Of a DNA stretch of 64,000 nt, positions 25,426 through 34,496 are shown piece by piece. Location: positions 11,080-75,079 of the forward strand of contig JBHHVB010000006.1 of the NCBI GenBank assembly GCA_046754065.1, given 5' to 3'. The number at the start of each line of letters is the position of its first letter. Positions within the stretch are counted from its first letter, which is position 1. The translations under genes and the position numbers were made by a program. The notes beneath the pieces were generated by a model. The model had not been told where the DNA came from. It saw nothing but the letters and a program-made list of their open reading frames with translations, and did not search any database. The stretch comes from Gammaproteobacteria bacterium. Its GTDB lineage: Bacteria > Pseudomonadota > Gammaproteobacteria > SZUA-140.

Positions 25426-26166
25426 CTACAAGCGAAAATGCTGGCCAAGATAGACTTCCCTCACCTTCTCGTTTTCTAATATATCGGCGGGCTTTCCTTC
25501 GGCTAAAGTCTGCCCTTCGTTTATAATATATGCTCTTTCACAAATGCCCAATGTCTCCCTGACATTATGGTCTGTAATCAGAACGCCTATCCCCTGATCC
25601 TTTAGGTAATTGATTATCCTCTGAATATCGATTACCGATATGGGATCGACGCCCGCAAAGGGCTCATCAAGTAAAATAAAGTCTGGCCTTGTAGCCAGGG
25701 TACGCGCTATCTCGACACGCCTTCGCTCTCCGCCAGAAAGACTCATCCCCATCTCATCTCTTAGATGAGAAATATGTAGCTCGGACAAAAGCTCTTCAAG
25801 CAGCGTTTCCTGTTTTTCCTGGTCGAGATCTGGCTGCGTTTCCAGAATGGCCATTATATTATCTGCGACGGTCAGTTTCCTGAATATGGAGGCTTCTTGA
25901 GGCAAATAGGCGATACCCATTCTGGCTCTTGCGTGCATCGGAAAGGTCGTAATGGCCTGATGATTCAACCAGATATGACCGTCATCACATGGGACCAGAC
26001 CTACAATCATATAAAAACAAGTCGTTTTACCTGCGCCATTAGGGCCCAACAGGCCAACTATCTCACCGCTCTTAACATACAATGACACACCGTTAACAAC
26101 TGATCTGGCTTTGTAGCGTTTTGCTATTTGATTAACAGATAATTCATTCACCATGTCAACATGCAT
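25426..26166 (-). CDS. lptB: LPS export ABC transporter ATPase
   Basis: It has a Walker A motif (GPNGAGKTT), the signature [13 protein letters not shown] and a Walker B motif ([12 protein letters not shown]). Synteny with lptA supports the call. Confidence 0.9.
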   Translation of the reverse strand: MHVDMVNELSVNQIAKRYKARSVVNGVSLYVKSGEIVGLLGPNGAGKTTCFYMIVGLVPCDDGHIWLNHQAITTFPMHARARMGIAYLPQEASIFRKLTVADNIMAILETQPDLDQEKQETLLEELLSELHISHLRDEMGMSLSGGERRRVEIARTLATRPDFILLDEPFAGVDPISVIDIQRIINYLKDQGIGVLITDHNVRETLGICERAYIINEGQTLAEGKPADILENEKVREVYLGQHFRL

Positions 26167-26700
26167 CTACTCAGTGTTACCCGATTCATTCATTTCTGAT
26201 TTTTTACGTGGTTGAATCACCACCTGGACACGTTCTTTACCAGTTGAGCTTTTCCTTGCATTGACTACATCCTGTACAGAATCATACTCAATATAATTTC
26301 CTGTAAACTCATCCTGATCGCGCCACACATGTGCATTTCCTTCGAGAATCAGCCTTTCTGGTTCAAGCAAAAACTCCATTTTTTCTGCTGATGCGCGAAG
26401 CTCCTTTTGGATCCCGTCTTTTTCCTGCAATTGGCTATAACTCGCAGGTGAGCCATTCGCGATTAATTTATACAACTGCCCATCTTTTTTATGCACTTTA
26501 ACCACATCAGCGGTTAACTTTAATGAGCCCTGAATATAACTGACATTGCCTTTGTAAACGCTGATACCCGTTAACTCGTCAAGTTCCACACTATCAGCTT
26601 CAAGTAATATCGGTAGCTCTCTGTCATCTGGCAAAGCAGCAACCAGGGTCGAATTTAAGACAATTAGAAGCACGAAGATTATTCGACTATTGCGAATCAT
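26167..26700 (-). CDS. lptA: LPS transport periplasmic protein LptA
   Basis: It has a signal peptide and an OstA-like beta-jellyroll sequence, and lies in the lptC-lptA-lptB order. Confidence 0.8.
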   Translation of the reverse strand: MIRNSRIIFVLLIVLNSTLVAALPDDRELPILLEADSVELDELTGISVYKGNVSYIQGSLKLTADVVKVHKKDGQLYKLIANGSPASYSQLQEKDGIQKELRASAEKMEFLLEPERLILEGNAHVWRDQDEFTGNYIEYDSVQDVVNARKSSTGKERVQVVIQPRKKSEMNESGNTE

Positions 26701-27259
26701 ATTTTCCCCTGACCTTGTTCAATAGATGTAGTACCCTGTTTTTATAATACATCTGCATACCAATTGCGGTGGTTATGCCCAGATCGCTAACTATCTCGAC
26801 CGGTTGACTGGTCTCCGCATATTCAACACCGGTCTTTACCGTTAAATCTCTGGTTGAGATTTTCATTGAATCACGACGAACCACATTCAATCTTGTAATC
26901 AACACATCCCCCCCCAAAAACAACGTTTCTCCATGATGCTGCAAATGTCCCTCGTCTGATTTAATTTTCCACGCCTCCAATTCGTCATCGAAAACAATCA
27001 TGCTGGGATTTACAAGCCTGGATGAATCGTCATGGGAATAATGCTGCATCGACGACGCGGTTAAACGGTACCTGGGATTTCCAATTTCATCCATCGAGGT
27101 AATTTCAAAATCTCTCAGGAAATAGTCCGGAACTGACCGCAAATCAGTCAGTGCTTTTAAATGTTTCGGCTCAGTGCTCCTCAACAACAGCCAGCTTAAT
27201 ACAGCTACCACAGCTATTATCGATATAATGATTAAACGTTTGTCTGAATGTATTCGCAT
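26687..27259 (-). CDS. lptC: LPS export system protein LptC
   Basis: It has an N-terminal TM anchor, is 190 aa, overlaps lptA and lies downstream of kdsC as in enterobacterial synteny. Confidence 0.75.
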   Translation of the reverse strand: MRIHSDKRLIIISIIAVVAVLSWLLLRSTEPKHLKALTDLRSVPDYFLRDFEITSMDEIGNPRYRLTASSMQHYSHDDSSRLVNPSMIVFDDELEAWKIKSDEGHLQHHGETLFLGGDVLITRLNVVRRDSMKISTRDLTVKTGVEYAETSQPVEIVSDLGITTAIGMQMYYKNRVLHLLNKVRGKYDSQ

Positions 27260-27329
27260 CCTGTGCTAAAACTGTTATGCGATACCGCATTTTATTGCTA
27301 ACCGGGTGAACACTGCACACCCCCGGTAA

Positions 27330-27857
27330 TTATACTGCCAAATATCTGGAAAGCATGCTTTCAAGATTTCCTTGACCCTCCATGATTAGTTCACAGACAT
27401 CTCGTGCAGCACCAAACCCTCCCCGATTCGGGGTTTGCCAGTGTGCATGTTTCTTTACCATTATATGGGCATCCTGAACGGCAATAGATAACCCAACTCG
27501 TGACATGACCGGCAGATCCACCACATCGTCGCCAACATAGGCAACCTGCTCATCAACAAGCGAAAGCTTTTGTAATAATTCTTTATAGGCAGGAAGTTTA
27601 TCTTGCTGCCCCTGGTAAACATGTTCAATGCCCAGGCTTTTCATTCTATGTGTAACGGCATCCGTAGTTCGACCTGTAATGATTGCTATCTCTACGCCAG
27701 TATGCTGCAACATTTTCATACCATGGCCATCTCGGGAATGAAATATTTTGTGCTCATGGCCATTATTATCAATGATAATTCCTCCATCGGTAAGCACGCC
27801 ATCAACATCAAATATAACCAATTTAACAGGCACCGCTCGTTCGAGAATATCTTTCAT
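27330..27857 (-). CDS. kdsC: 3-deoxy-D-manno-octulosonate 8-phosphate phosphatase
   Basis: It has the HAD motif VIFDVDGVLTDG and a GDDVVDLP motif, and is 175 aa. Confidence 0.85.
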   Translation of the reverse strand: MKDILERAVPVKLVIFDVDGVLTDGGIIIDNNGHEHKIFHSRDGHGMKMLQHTGVEIAIITGRTTDAVTHRMKSLGIEHVYQGQQDKLPAYKELLQKLSLVDEQVAYVGDDVVDLPVMSRVGLSIAVQDAHIMVKKHAHWQTPNRGGFGAARDVCELIMEGQGNLESMLSRYLAV

Positions 27858-27874
27858 CTTTAGTTTACCGTTAT

Positions 27875-28948
27875 CTATACAACACCCGCTCTTAGTAAAT
27901 CATGCATATTTAAAACGCCTACCAACGCACCTCCGCAGTCCACAACAAGCAGCGCATTTATCTTAAAACTTTCCATGATCTGTAACGCCTCTGCAGCCAA
28001 TATGTCTTGAGATACTGTTTTACAATCATGCGTCATAACATCAGCCATCAGCACTTCATGAATATTGATTTTTTGATCCATAACACGACGCAGATCTCCA
28101 TCAGTAAATATTCCGACCACATGATCATTCTCATTGACTACCGCAGTCATACCGAGACCTTTTTCAGTAATGGTGATAAGCGCATCCCCAAGTGTAGTTG
28201 CCTTCGTCACCTTCGGAATATCACTGCCAACTCTCATAATATCCCTAATTAAAAGCAGTAACCGGCGTCCAAGTCGACCGGCCGGATGCGTACGTGCGAA
28301 GTCCTCTGAGTCAAAACCACGCGATTCTAATAGCGACACGGCCAATGCATCACCCATCGCCAACGTTGCTGTGGTAGAAGAAGTCGGCGCTAGACCCAAG
28401 GGACAAGCTTCCTGTGCTACACTCACATCAATATTTACATTTGCTGTTCGAGACAGTGTCGAACTGGCATTTCCAGTCATTGAGATCAAGGGTACACCCA
28501 GCCGTTTAATCAGTGGCAATATCGTGAGCAATTCGTCTGTTTCGCCAGAATTTGATATTGCAATAACAACATCCTGCCTGGTGATCATACCCAAATCACC
28601 GTGACTCGCTTCTCCGGGGTGCACAAAGAAAGATGGACTACCAGTGCTAGCCAATGTTGCGGCAATTTTTCCCCCAATATGACCGGATTTACCCATCCCC
28701 AACACAACTATTCGCCCATTACATGCCAGCATATAGCGACACGCCTGGACAAAATTGTCGTCAATTCTTGTGGAAAGCGCTGCAACGGATTGAGATTCAT
28801 TTTGGATAACGGCCAAACCCAGCTTTTTTAGTAGCTGATCTTCGTGTTCGGAATTCATCGACGAGGATTCAGCAGACGCCTGTTGACCAGCAGTTGGGTT
28901 ACTATTTTTCACATTTTTCTCCAAAATGATACCCGCACGGCTCATCAT
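27875..28948 (-). CDS. kdsD: Arabinose-5-phosphate isomerase (start possibly the internal Met-31)
   Basis: It has a SIS domain (VLGMGKSGHIGGKIAATLASTGSPSFFVHPGEASHGDLG) followed by tandem CBS domains. Confidence 0.9.
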   Translation of the reverse strand: MMSRAGIILEKNVKNSNPTAGQQASAESSSMNSEHEDQLLKKLGLAVIQNESQSVAALSTRIDDNFVQACRYMLACNGRIVVLGMGKSGHIGGKIAATLASTGSPSFFVHPGEASHGDLGMITRQDVVIAISNSGETDELLTILPLIKRLGVPLISMTGNASSTLSRTANVNIDVSVAQEACPLGLAPTSSTTATLAMGDALAVSLLESRGFDSEDFARTHPAGRLGRRLLLLIRDIMRVGSDIPKVTKATTLGDALITITEKGLGMTAVVNENDHVVGIFTDGDLRRVMDQKINIHEVLMADVMTHDCKTVSQDILAAEALQIMESFKINALLVVDCGGALVGVLNMHDLLRAGVV

Positions 28949-29145
28949 ATAAGCGGATAACCTAACTCATTTAATTTTTCAATAATATCAGTTTGTAGCA
29001 ATTCTGCACGTTCAATTGTTATTTTTCCATTGGTGACATCAACGTCCACTTCACTTATCCCGGGAAGCATCATCAAATTATCTTTTATCGCAGACACACA
29101 TCCGTTACATTTAACATTGGATACCATTATCGAAATTTTTTCCAT
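28945..29145 (-). CDS. Small heavy-metal-associated (HMA, CopZ-like) domain protein
   Basis: It is 66 aa and has a NVKCNGC metal-binding motif near the N-terminus and a ferredoxin-like pattern. It overlaps kdsD by 4 nt. Confidence 0.65.
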   Translation of the reverse strand: MEKISIMVSNVKCNGCVSAIKDNLMMLPGISEVDVDVTNGKITIERAELLQTDIIEKLNELGYPLI

Positions 29146-29159
29146 TTACACTCCACCCT

Positions 29160-30173
29160 TTATCCAGTTGATGTCAAATAAAGAGAATACATGTAACTGA
29201 TGTAAACCAGCAGCAACACCCCTCCCTCTATTCTATTAATTCGCCCATGCCTGCCAACCCCATATGCCATGACAATAAGGCCTACCGTCAAACCCAGCAT
29301 AAGTGGAAAATCTCTTACCAAAAGGTCATCCGGTACATCTCCGGGGTTCATAATGCCTGGCATCGCAAGCACCCCAAGCAAATTGAACATGTTCGAGCCT
29401 ATAATATTTCCAATGGCAATATCATGTTCATTTTTAAGCGCGCTCATTATCGAAGCAGCAAGTTCTGGTAAACTTGTACCAATAGCAATAATAGTCAGAC
29501 CAATAATCAAATCACTCAAACCAAACGCCTTCGCCACATTAACGGCGCCCCATACCAGCATATGTGAACTCCCGAATAACACGATCAGCCCAATCAACAA
29601 CCAGGTCAATGCCCTGGTCATAGACATTTCTGCGGGTATTTCTTCATCGAACTCTGCGGTTAACGGATCAGAACGACGCGTACGAAGGCCTAGCATCACT
29701 ACACTGTAAATCATCAACCCCATCCCGAATATCAGCAACAGTCCGTCGCCGCGCAGCAAATCCCCATCAACAACCAGCAACAACACCAGAATCATAACGA
29801 TAAGTAGAATAGGAAGCTCCCGTTTCAGGGTTTCTGATTTTACTGTTAGCGGCATCACCAATGCCGTTACACCAAGCACTAACGCGATATTGGTAATATT
29901 TGAACCGATTGCATTACCCATCGCCAGTCCGGCATTGTTATTCCATGATGCAACTCCAGACACAAGCATCTCTGGTGCAGACGTACCAAACCCTACAATG
30001 GTCAAACCTATAATCAGTGGCGACACACCAAGATTTTTCGCTGTACCGGACGCACCGAAGACAAAACGATCAGCTCCCCAAATCAGCAGAAGAAATCCAG
30101 CGACTATTGCAACGATCGATTCAAACATGTCAACCAGGATATTACGGATAGCCCTTCCAGGGACTTTTGACAA
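29160..30173 (-). CDS. yrbG: CaCA-family cation/calcium antiporter (YrbG-like)
   Basis: It has two alpha-repeat motifs (GTSAPEMLVS and GTSLPELAAS), about ten TM helices, and the conserved position next to kdsD. Confidence 0.85.
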   Translation of the reverse strand: MSKVPGRAIRNILVDMFESIVAIVAGFLLLIWGADRFVFGASGTAKNLGVSPLIIGLTIVGFGTSAPEMLVSGVASWNNNAGLAMGNAIGSNITNIALVLGVTALVMPLTVKSETLKRELPILLIVMILVLLLVVDGDLLRGDGLLLIFGMGLMIYSVVMLGLRTRRSDPLTAEFDEEIPAEMSMTRALTWLLIGLIVLFGSSHMLVWGAVNVAKAFGLSDLIIGLTIIAIGTSLPELAASIMSALKNEHDIAIGNIIGSNMFNLLGVLAMPGIMNPGDVPDDLLVRDFPLMLGLTVGLIVMAYGVGRHGRINRIEGGVLLLVYISYMYSLYLTSTG

Positions 30174-30175
30174 GG

Positions 30176-31033
30176 CTAATGTACATAGTAATTCAGTAAA
30201 ATCCCGATAAATATTACAAAACCAAACCAGTTGTTATTAAGAAATGCCCTGAAACAAAGTGTTTTGTCGCGACTCTTTATTAAATATTGCTGATAGATTG
30301 CGAATATCGCAGCACCCAGAATTCCCAGATAATAGTAAAAGCCCAGGTTGATTTGAATACCAGTCACGACCAGGACTGAAAGCACAATAACCTGGATAAT
30401 CGCAATGATGGTGCGATCAAAGTCTCCAAACAGAATCGCTGTTGATTTCACGCCCACTCGCAAATCGTCATCGCGATCAACCATTGCGTACATCGTATCG
30501 TAGGCAACAGCCCATAAAACCGTTACGATAAATAATAACCACGCAACAGTCGGCAAACTTCCGGTCTGAGCCGCAAATGCCATGGGCACAGCCCATCCAA
30601 ACGCCATACCGAGAAATAATTGTGGTATGTACGTATATCGTTTCATAAAAGGATAGCTTGTAGCTAAGAGGACCGCCACAATTGATAATTTAATTGTAAA
30701 ATAATCCAGGGTTAATACGAGCAAAAAAGCTGAAAATACCAGCACAAGGAACAATACCATGGCCTCAGTGAGTGATACTCTTCCCGCTGCGATTGGCCTG
30801 TTGCGAGTCCTCGCAACATGTGGATCAAACCCCCTGTCCGCTATGTCATTAATAACGCATCCGGCCGAGCGCATCAAAATCACACCGGCAACGAACACCA
30901 ACACGATATGCACATCCGGCTTACCATCCGATGCTATCAAAATTGCCCACAAGGTAGGCCATAAAAGCAAAAAAATACCAATAGGCTTATCAAGCCTCGT
31001 TAACAGATAATATTCATGAAGCCGATTTAGCAT
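30176..31033 (-). CDS. ubiA: 4-hydroxybenzoate polyprenyltransferase
   Basis: It has UbiA prenyltransferase motifs (NDIADRGFD and YAMVDRDDD) and about eight TM helices. Confidence 0.9.
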   Translation of the reverse strand: MLNRLHEYYLLTRLDKPIGIFLLLWPTLWAILIASDGKPDVHIVLVFVAGVILMRSAGCVINDIADRGFDPHVARTRNRPIAAGRVSLTEAMVLFLVLVFSAFLLVLTLDYFTIKLSIVAVLLATSYPFMKRYTYIPQLFLGMAFGWAVPMAFAAQTGSLPTVAWLLFIVTVLWAVAYDTMYAMVDRDDDLRVGVKSTAILFGDFDRTIIAIIQVIVLSVLVVTGIQINLGFYYYLGILGAAIFAIYQQYLIKSRDKTLCFRAFLNNNWFGFVIFIGILLNYYVH

Positions 31034-31107
31034 GAGTTCAGTTTGATTCTGATTGGTACATTACCAAGCACGATTTTTTGGCCCATTAATTTCGCAAGTT
31101 TGAATCA

Positions 31108-31737
31108 TTACCGTCCTATTGGCGTACATTTATTATTAATGCCGGGCAGGAAAATCTCGTTGACCAAAAGTGGTTTTTCACCAAAATAAAACACGGATCG
31201 TCTTCCCCATATTTCCCTGGGCGTACGAGCCAGTGTTTCAGTGGCGATTTTAAACAAGCCGTGCTTCTTATCTAACATCGCTATTTGCAACCCTCCACGG
31301 GTTACCCGTTTATCGGCAAACAACATTGCTCCAAGCGGTCTCTCTCCCAGTTGGCTCAAGCGCCGCTGTCTTCCCTGAAGTGTCCGTGCAGGAACCACAG
31401 TCCGTGCAAAAACACACGGCGTATTTCCACATTTCAGCATGACATGCCTGATTAGACCTGTAGTCCGTTCAGCCATACCCAACACCAGTCTTTCGTTATG
31501 CATTGGCATACCCCATTGCTGATGCAGCAAAATCACTGAAAATGGCCCGATGCACCTGGTTTGCAAACGCCGGGTAAGAGAACCTTCGTCAAACAACCAG
31601 GGAATCAACTTGTCTGGCGCACCACTTTTGGACTTCATCACACATCGATTCAAATCGTTATTAACGGGGAATCTATCCCGCGAGATAACAGATTTCCATA
31701 TAGGCTCACTACCTATCGTCTTCAATTTAACTTGCAA
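31108..31737 (-). CDS. ubiC: Chorismate pyruvate-lyase (start uncertain)
   Basis: It has WLFDEGSLTRRL and a GERPLGAMLF-like motif, and lies immediately upstream of ubiA. Confidence 0.7.
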   Translation of the reverse strand: MQVKLKTIGSEPIWKSVISRDRFPVNNDLNRCVMKSKSGAPDKLIPWLFDEGSLTRRLQTRCIGPFSVILLHQQWGMPMHNERLVLGMAERTTGLIRHVMLKCGNTPCVFARTVVPARTLQGRQRRLSQLGERPLGAMLFADKRVTRGGLQIAMLDKKHGLFKIATETLARTPREIWGRRSVFYFGEKPLLVNEIFLPGINNKCTPIGR

Positions 31738-31820
31738 CCAAAACTCTTCAGATTATCATTACTGCAACAATTTAAGGTATATCATGTTACCCACCATCAA
31801 AAATACTTCATTACATCCAG

Positions 31821-34037
31821 CTAAACATGCCCGTATTGTGAAGCATCTCCCAGCCAACGGTGTATTATCGATGCAACACATTGCGGATAATCTTTCATAA
31901 TCAGATCTGCAGCTCTGTTTACGGAAGGAATTAATGCCTGATCTCGAAGCAGATCCGCAATGCGAAACTGCATCGACCCTGCTTGTCGGGGTCCTAGCAA
32001 TTCACCCGGCCCACGCATTTCCAGATCTTTTCTTGCGATTTCGAATCCATCATTCGTCTCTCTGATAATCTGGATACGCGAGCGACTGACCCCGGATAAA
32101 CGCCCATGATACATTAAAACACAAGTACTTTTATCAGCGCCTCGACCAATTCTTCCTCGTAACTGGTGCAACTGAGCCAAACCAAAGCGTTCAGCATTTT
32201 CTATTATCATTAAACTGGCATTCGGAACATCTACACCTACCTCTATTACCGTTGTAGAAACCAAAAGATCAATATTACCGTTTTTAAACTCTGTCATAAC
32301 CAACTCTTTCTCATCGGCAGCCATTCGCCCATGGACCAGGCCAACCTTCATCTCGGGAAACGATTCGGCCAGATATTGCGCCGTTTCAACTGCAGTCTGA
32401 CATTGAATTTTCTCCGACTCTTCGATTAATGGGCATACCCAATAGACCTGTTTACCCTCTAAGCAGGCATTCAAGACACTCTTTAATATCTCATTTCTAC
32501 GAGTATCAGAGACAGCTATAGTCGTTACCGGTAATCTTCCGGGGGGTAGTTGGTCAATAACAGATATATCCAGATCCGCATACGCGGTCATAGAAAGTGT
32601 TCTGGGTATGGGTGTAGCGGTCATAATCAACTGATGCGGATAAGCATCTCTAATTTTGCCTTTCTCTCTTAATGCCAGACGTTGATGCACCCCAAAACGA
32701 TGCTGCTCATCGACAACGATGAGCCCCAGATTAAGGAACTCAACACCCTGCTGAAACAGCGCATGCGTGCCGATGACAACACATGATGGATCATTATTGA
32801 TATCTTCCAGCACTTGTCGTCTATTTTGCGCTGTTAAGGATCCGGTTAACAGCAACACTTTTATACCTATCGGCTCAAGCCAATTCTTGAAATTCTGGAA
32901 ATGTTGTTCGGCAAGCAGCTCTGTAGGCGCCATTACTGCGGCCTGAAAACCGGATTCGATTGAATGAACAATCGCTGCAGCTGCAACCACCGTTTTTCCG
33001 GAACCCACGTCTCCCTGCACTAATCGTTGCATTGGAAAATCTTGAGTCATATCTGCAAGTATCTCTTCAATCACCCGATTCTGTGCTTTTGTAGGGGAAA
33101 ATGGCAGGTTTGTCATGAATTCTTTTTGTAATACCCCGGATGACCGCAAAACAGGCGCACTATACTGTTGTAACTTTCTCCTTAGTATTCTCAATGAAAG
33201 AATTTGCGCCAACAGCTCCTCGAAAGCCAATCTCTTTTGTGCGGGATGCCTCCCCAATTGCATATCATTTAAGTCAACGTCTGAAGTGGGTTTGTGTATA
33301 AATTTTACCGATTCGATCAATGAGGGAAACCCGTTATCATTTATCACCACATCCGGCAACAACTCTTCGAGACCTGTGTTGCTATCATTTTTGATCTTTT
33401 TCCCACTTTCTTCCCCAACACAATGCGCCTTGTTCAATAGCTCCAGCGCCTGATCCACCAGCATACGCAAGGTTGTTTGGCGCATACCTTCGACACAACC
33501 ATATATGGGCGTCAGGTTCTCATCTACCTGAACGTCGGAAGATTGATTAATCCTTTTGTATTCGGGATGTACCATTTCCAGCATGAGCGGTTGCGAACCC
33601 GGCTGAACCCTCTTCCTGTTTCGCCGAGCTGAAACCCCTAAAAGTCTCACCTGACCGAAGCAGCGAACCCATGTACCCCTTGCCAGATTTTTTTGCTGGC
33701 TCGTTGAAAAATGAAAAAACCTCAGCGTAATCGAACCAGTTCCATCACTGATTCGGGATAACATGGTTCGCCTGCCTCCGAATTTAACCTCTGTCAGTAG
33801 CACTTCTCCCTGAATAAGCACCTCAGTTCCAGCACGAAGTGCACCAATTGGAACCAGGCGACTTCTATCCTGATACCTGAGCGGTAAATGAAATAGCAGA
33901 TCCTGAACCGTGATAATGTTCAACCTCGAAAGCTTCTCTGTCATCTTGTCACCAACGCCTTTGAGACAGGAAATCGGGCGTAATAACAAGGAGGTATTAT
34001 TTTCGCCAGACGGCTTGGTGCGGGCCAAAGATATCAT
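31821..34037 (-). CDS. recG: ATP-dependent DNA helicase RecG
   Basis: It has an N-terminal wedge/OB region and helicase motifs GDVGSGKT, DEQHRFGV, TATPIPRT and QLRGRIGRG. Confidence 0.95.
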   Translation of the reverse strand: MISLARTKPSGENNTSLLLRPISCLKGVGDKMTEKLSRLNIITVQDLLFHLPLRYQDRSRLVPIGALRAGTEVLIQGEVLLTEVKFGGRRTMLSRISDGTGSITLRFFHFSTSQQKNLARGTWVRCFGQVRLLGVSARRNRKRVQPGSQPLMLEMVHPEYKRINQSSDVQVDENLTPIYGCVEGMRQTTLRMLVDQALELLNKAHCVGEESGKKIKNDSNTGLEELLPDVVINDNGFPSLIESVKFIHKPTSDVDLNDMQLGRHPAQKRLAFEELLAQILSLRILRRKLQQYSAPVLRSSGVLQKEFMTNLPFSPTKAQNRVIEEILADMTQDFPMQRLVQGDVGSGKTVVAAAAIVHSIESGFQAAVMAPTELLAEQHFQNFKNWLEPIGIKVLLLTGSLTAQNRRQVLEDINNDPSCVVIGTHALFQQGVEFLNLGLIVVDEQHRFGVHQRLALREKGKIRDAYPHQLIMTATPIPRTLSMTAYADLDISVIDQLPPGRLPVTTIAVSDTRRNEILKSVLNACLEGKQVYWVCPLIEESEKIQCQTAVETAQYLAESFPEMKVGLVHGRMAADEKELVMTEFKNGNIDLLVSTTVIEVGVDVPNASLMIIENAERFGLAQLHQLRGRIGRGADKSTCVLMYHGRLSGVSRSRIQIIRETNDGFEIARKDLEMRGPGELLGPRQAGSMQFRIADLLRDQALIPSVNRAADLIMKDYPQCVASIIHRWLGDASQYGHV

Positions 34038-34088
34038 ATCCAGACAATACCTCGGTAGGAAGTGGACTAACCGGGGAGAAATTAATTT

Positions 34089-34472
34089 CTACGAAAGATG
34101 CATAACAGCATCCATCTCAACGGAAGCATTTTTAGGCAGTCCTGCCACTTCGATGGCGGCACGCGCAGGATAAGGCTCAACAAAATAATCAGTCATAATT
34201 CCATTGACGACGGCAAAATTCGCCAGGTCCGTCAGGAAAACATTCAGTTTAACGATATCCTGCAAATCGCCACCTGCAGAGCGGGCAACAGCTTTCAGGT
34301 TTTCGAATACCCGTTTTATCTGATTTTCGACGCCTCCCTGAACCATTTCCATACTGCGAGGATCCAGCGGAATCTGCCCCGACAGATAGACAATGTTGTC
34401 TACCTTGACAGCCTGAGAATAGGTACCAATCGCCGCCGGCGCATTATCAGTGTGAATAATTTCTTTTGTCAT
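34089..34472 (-). CDS. ridA: RidA/YjgF-family reactive intermediate deaminase
   Basis: It is 127 aa and has [12 protein letters not shown] and [12 protein letters not shown] motifs. Confidence 0.9.
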   Translation of the reverse strand: MTKEIIHTDNAPAAIGTYSQAVKVDNIVYLSGQIPLDPRSMEMVQGGVENQIKRVFENLKAVARSAGGDLQDIVKLNVFLTDLANFAVVNGIMTDYFVEPYPARAAIEVAGLPKNASVEMDAVMHLS

Positions 34473-34496
34473 GCCATCCCCATTTAATCATTTTCA

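Noticed and set aside
28134-28604. A 156-aa plus-strand ORF. Similar antisense ORFs occur at 29269..29709, 35028..35561, 46481..46987, 46876..47403 and 51025..51552.
   Set aside because: Each lies antisense inside a strongly supported gene (kdsD, yrbG, spoT, trmB/thiG, or a histidine kinase). None has a motif or a plausible RBS.
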